Positions 31,514 to 32,000 of a DNA stretch of 32,000 nt are shown one piece after another. The stretch is from Halomicronema hongdechloris C2206. GTDB lineage: Bacteria > Cyanobacteriota > Cyanobacteriia > Phormidesmidales > Phormidesmidaceae. The first letter of the stretch is position 1; every line of letters begins with the position of its first letter. The stretch is from contig NZ_CP021983.2 of assembly GCF_002075285.3 (NCBI RefSeq), positions 90,001 through 122,000 of the forward strand. Reading direction: 5' to 3'. A program made the position numbers and the translations under genes. The notes beneath the pieces were generated by a model, which saw only the letters and a list, made by a program, of their open reading frames with translations, ran no database searches and was not told where the DNA came from.

Positions 31514-31835
31514 GAATGAAGTCAATGAAGCAGTACCAAGTCTTCGGTAGGTCTAGCCCCTGAAAGCACTCAGTGCATCTTACACTGGCGTATCTTGCTA
31601 TTTCTCTGGAGAGAGAAGCCCTATGCCGGGATGCGATCGCAACCGCCACTAATAGTAGGTGGTGTCCAAACGCTATCTCTCAATTCAGCCTGCTCGTTAG
31701 CCAACCCGGAGAAAACCCCTTGCTGACAGAGTTCACAGGGACTTCATCCCATGGCATCTCTCCGATTTGATTGAATATAGCCTGACCTAGGCCTGAGATT
31801 GTCGTAACCAGAGGGCTAACCCACCGCCGCGATCG

Positions 31836-31861
31836 CAGGCGGCCATATCAGGCGGCCATAT
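31836..31861. repeat. perfect 13-nt tandem duplication (caggcggccatat x2) abutting a HIP1 site
   Basis: Direct reading: 31836-31848 is identical to 31849-31861. HIP1 GCGATCGC occupies 31829-31836. Confidence 0.95.
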
Positions 31862-32000
31862 ATTGAGCTGCCCCAGGGACCGGTGTGCTGCCATAATGAG
31901 GGGCGACTGCTCAGGACTCTGCCATGACCTCTCCTCCCAATCGCCTCCGGGTTTCCCTGCCTGCCTTTGTGGGCCGAGGGGCCACGGTGTCTAGCGTCCT

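Noticed and set aside
31924-32000. Plus-strand ATG opening a frame (MTSPPNRLRVSLPAFVGRGATVSSV...) that runs off the window end.
   Set aside because: Only 25 codons are visible, with no RBS and no recognisable motif. That is insufficient to call a gene.

Overview
This is a chromosomal segment from a cyanobacterium. I infer that from at least 14 copies of the HIP1 octamer GCGATCGC (starts 1803, 2758, 8096, 10111, 14345, 15510, 19463, 20048, 20726, 22264, 26959, 29584, 31633, 31829; a random 8-mer is expected about once per 65 kb), from heptanucleotide tandem arrays, and from PEP-CTERM, SLH, Tab2, Ycf37-like and DUF4278 genes. Every family assignment comes from motif recognition by eye, because no search could be run.

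Most genes are housekeeping: yidD, a GT2 glycosyltransferase, glgP-type phosphorylase, cysC, glpK, an amino-acid ABC ATPase and binding protein, dusA, rpmI-rplT, and a tandem-domain PTPS.

The standout is a tightly linked gene pair at the window centre (13532-18169). It encodes a signal-peptide-less papain-like (C1A) cysteine peptidase with an unrecognisable ~245-aa N-terminal region. An 18-nt spacer follows, then a protein with a TIR domain, one hydrophobic span and 14 WD40 repeats. I propose this pair as a candidate undescribed TIR/protease immune or programmed-cell-death module.

Secondary points of interest:
- A glutamine riboswitch with an NtcA box and an anti-SD element lies upstream of a DUF4278 (gifB-like) gene, and its P2 stem is unusually expanded.
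- An ammonium-transporter/PAS/histidine-kinase fusion is present.
- An SLC13 permease ORF stays open, but its conserved motifs are encoded in alternative frames at three places.
- There are several perfect 13-14-nt tandem duplications and heptamer arrays.

I saw no CRISPR array, tRNA/rRNA gene, transposase or integrase.
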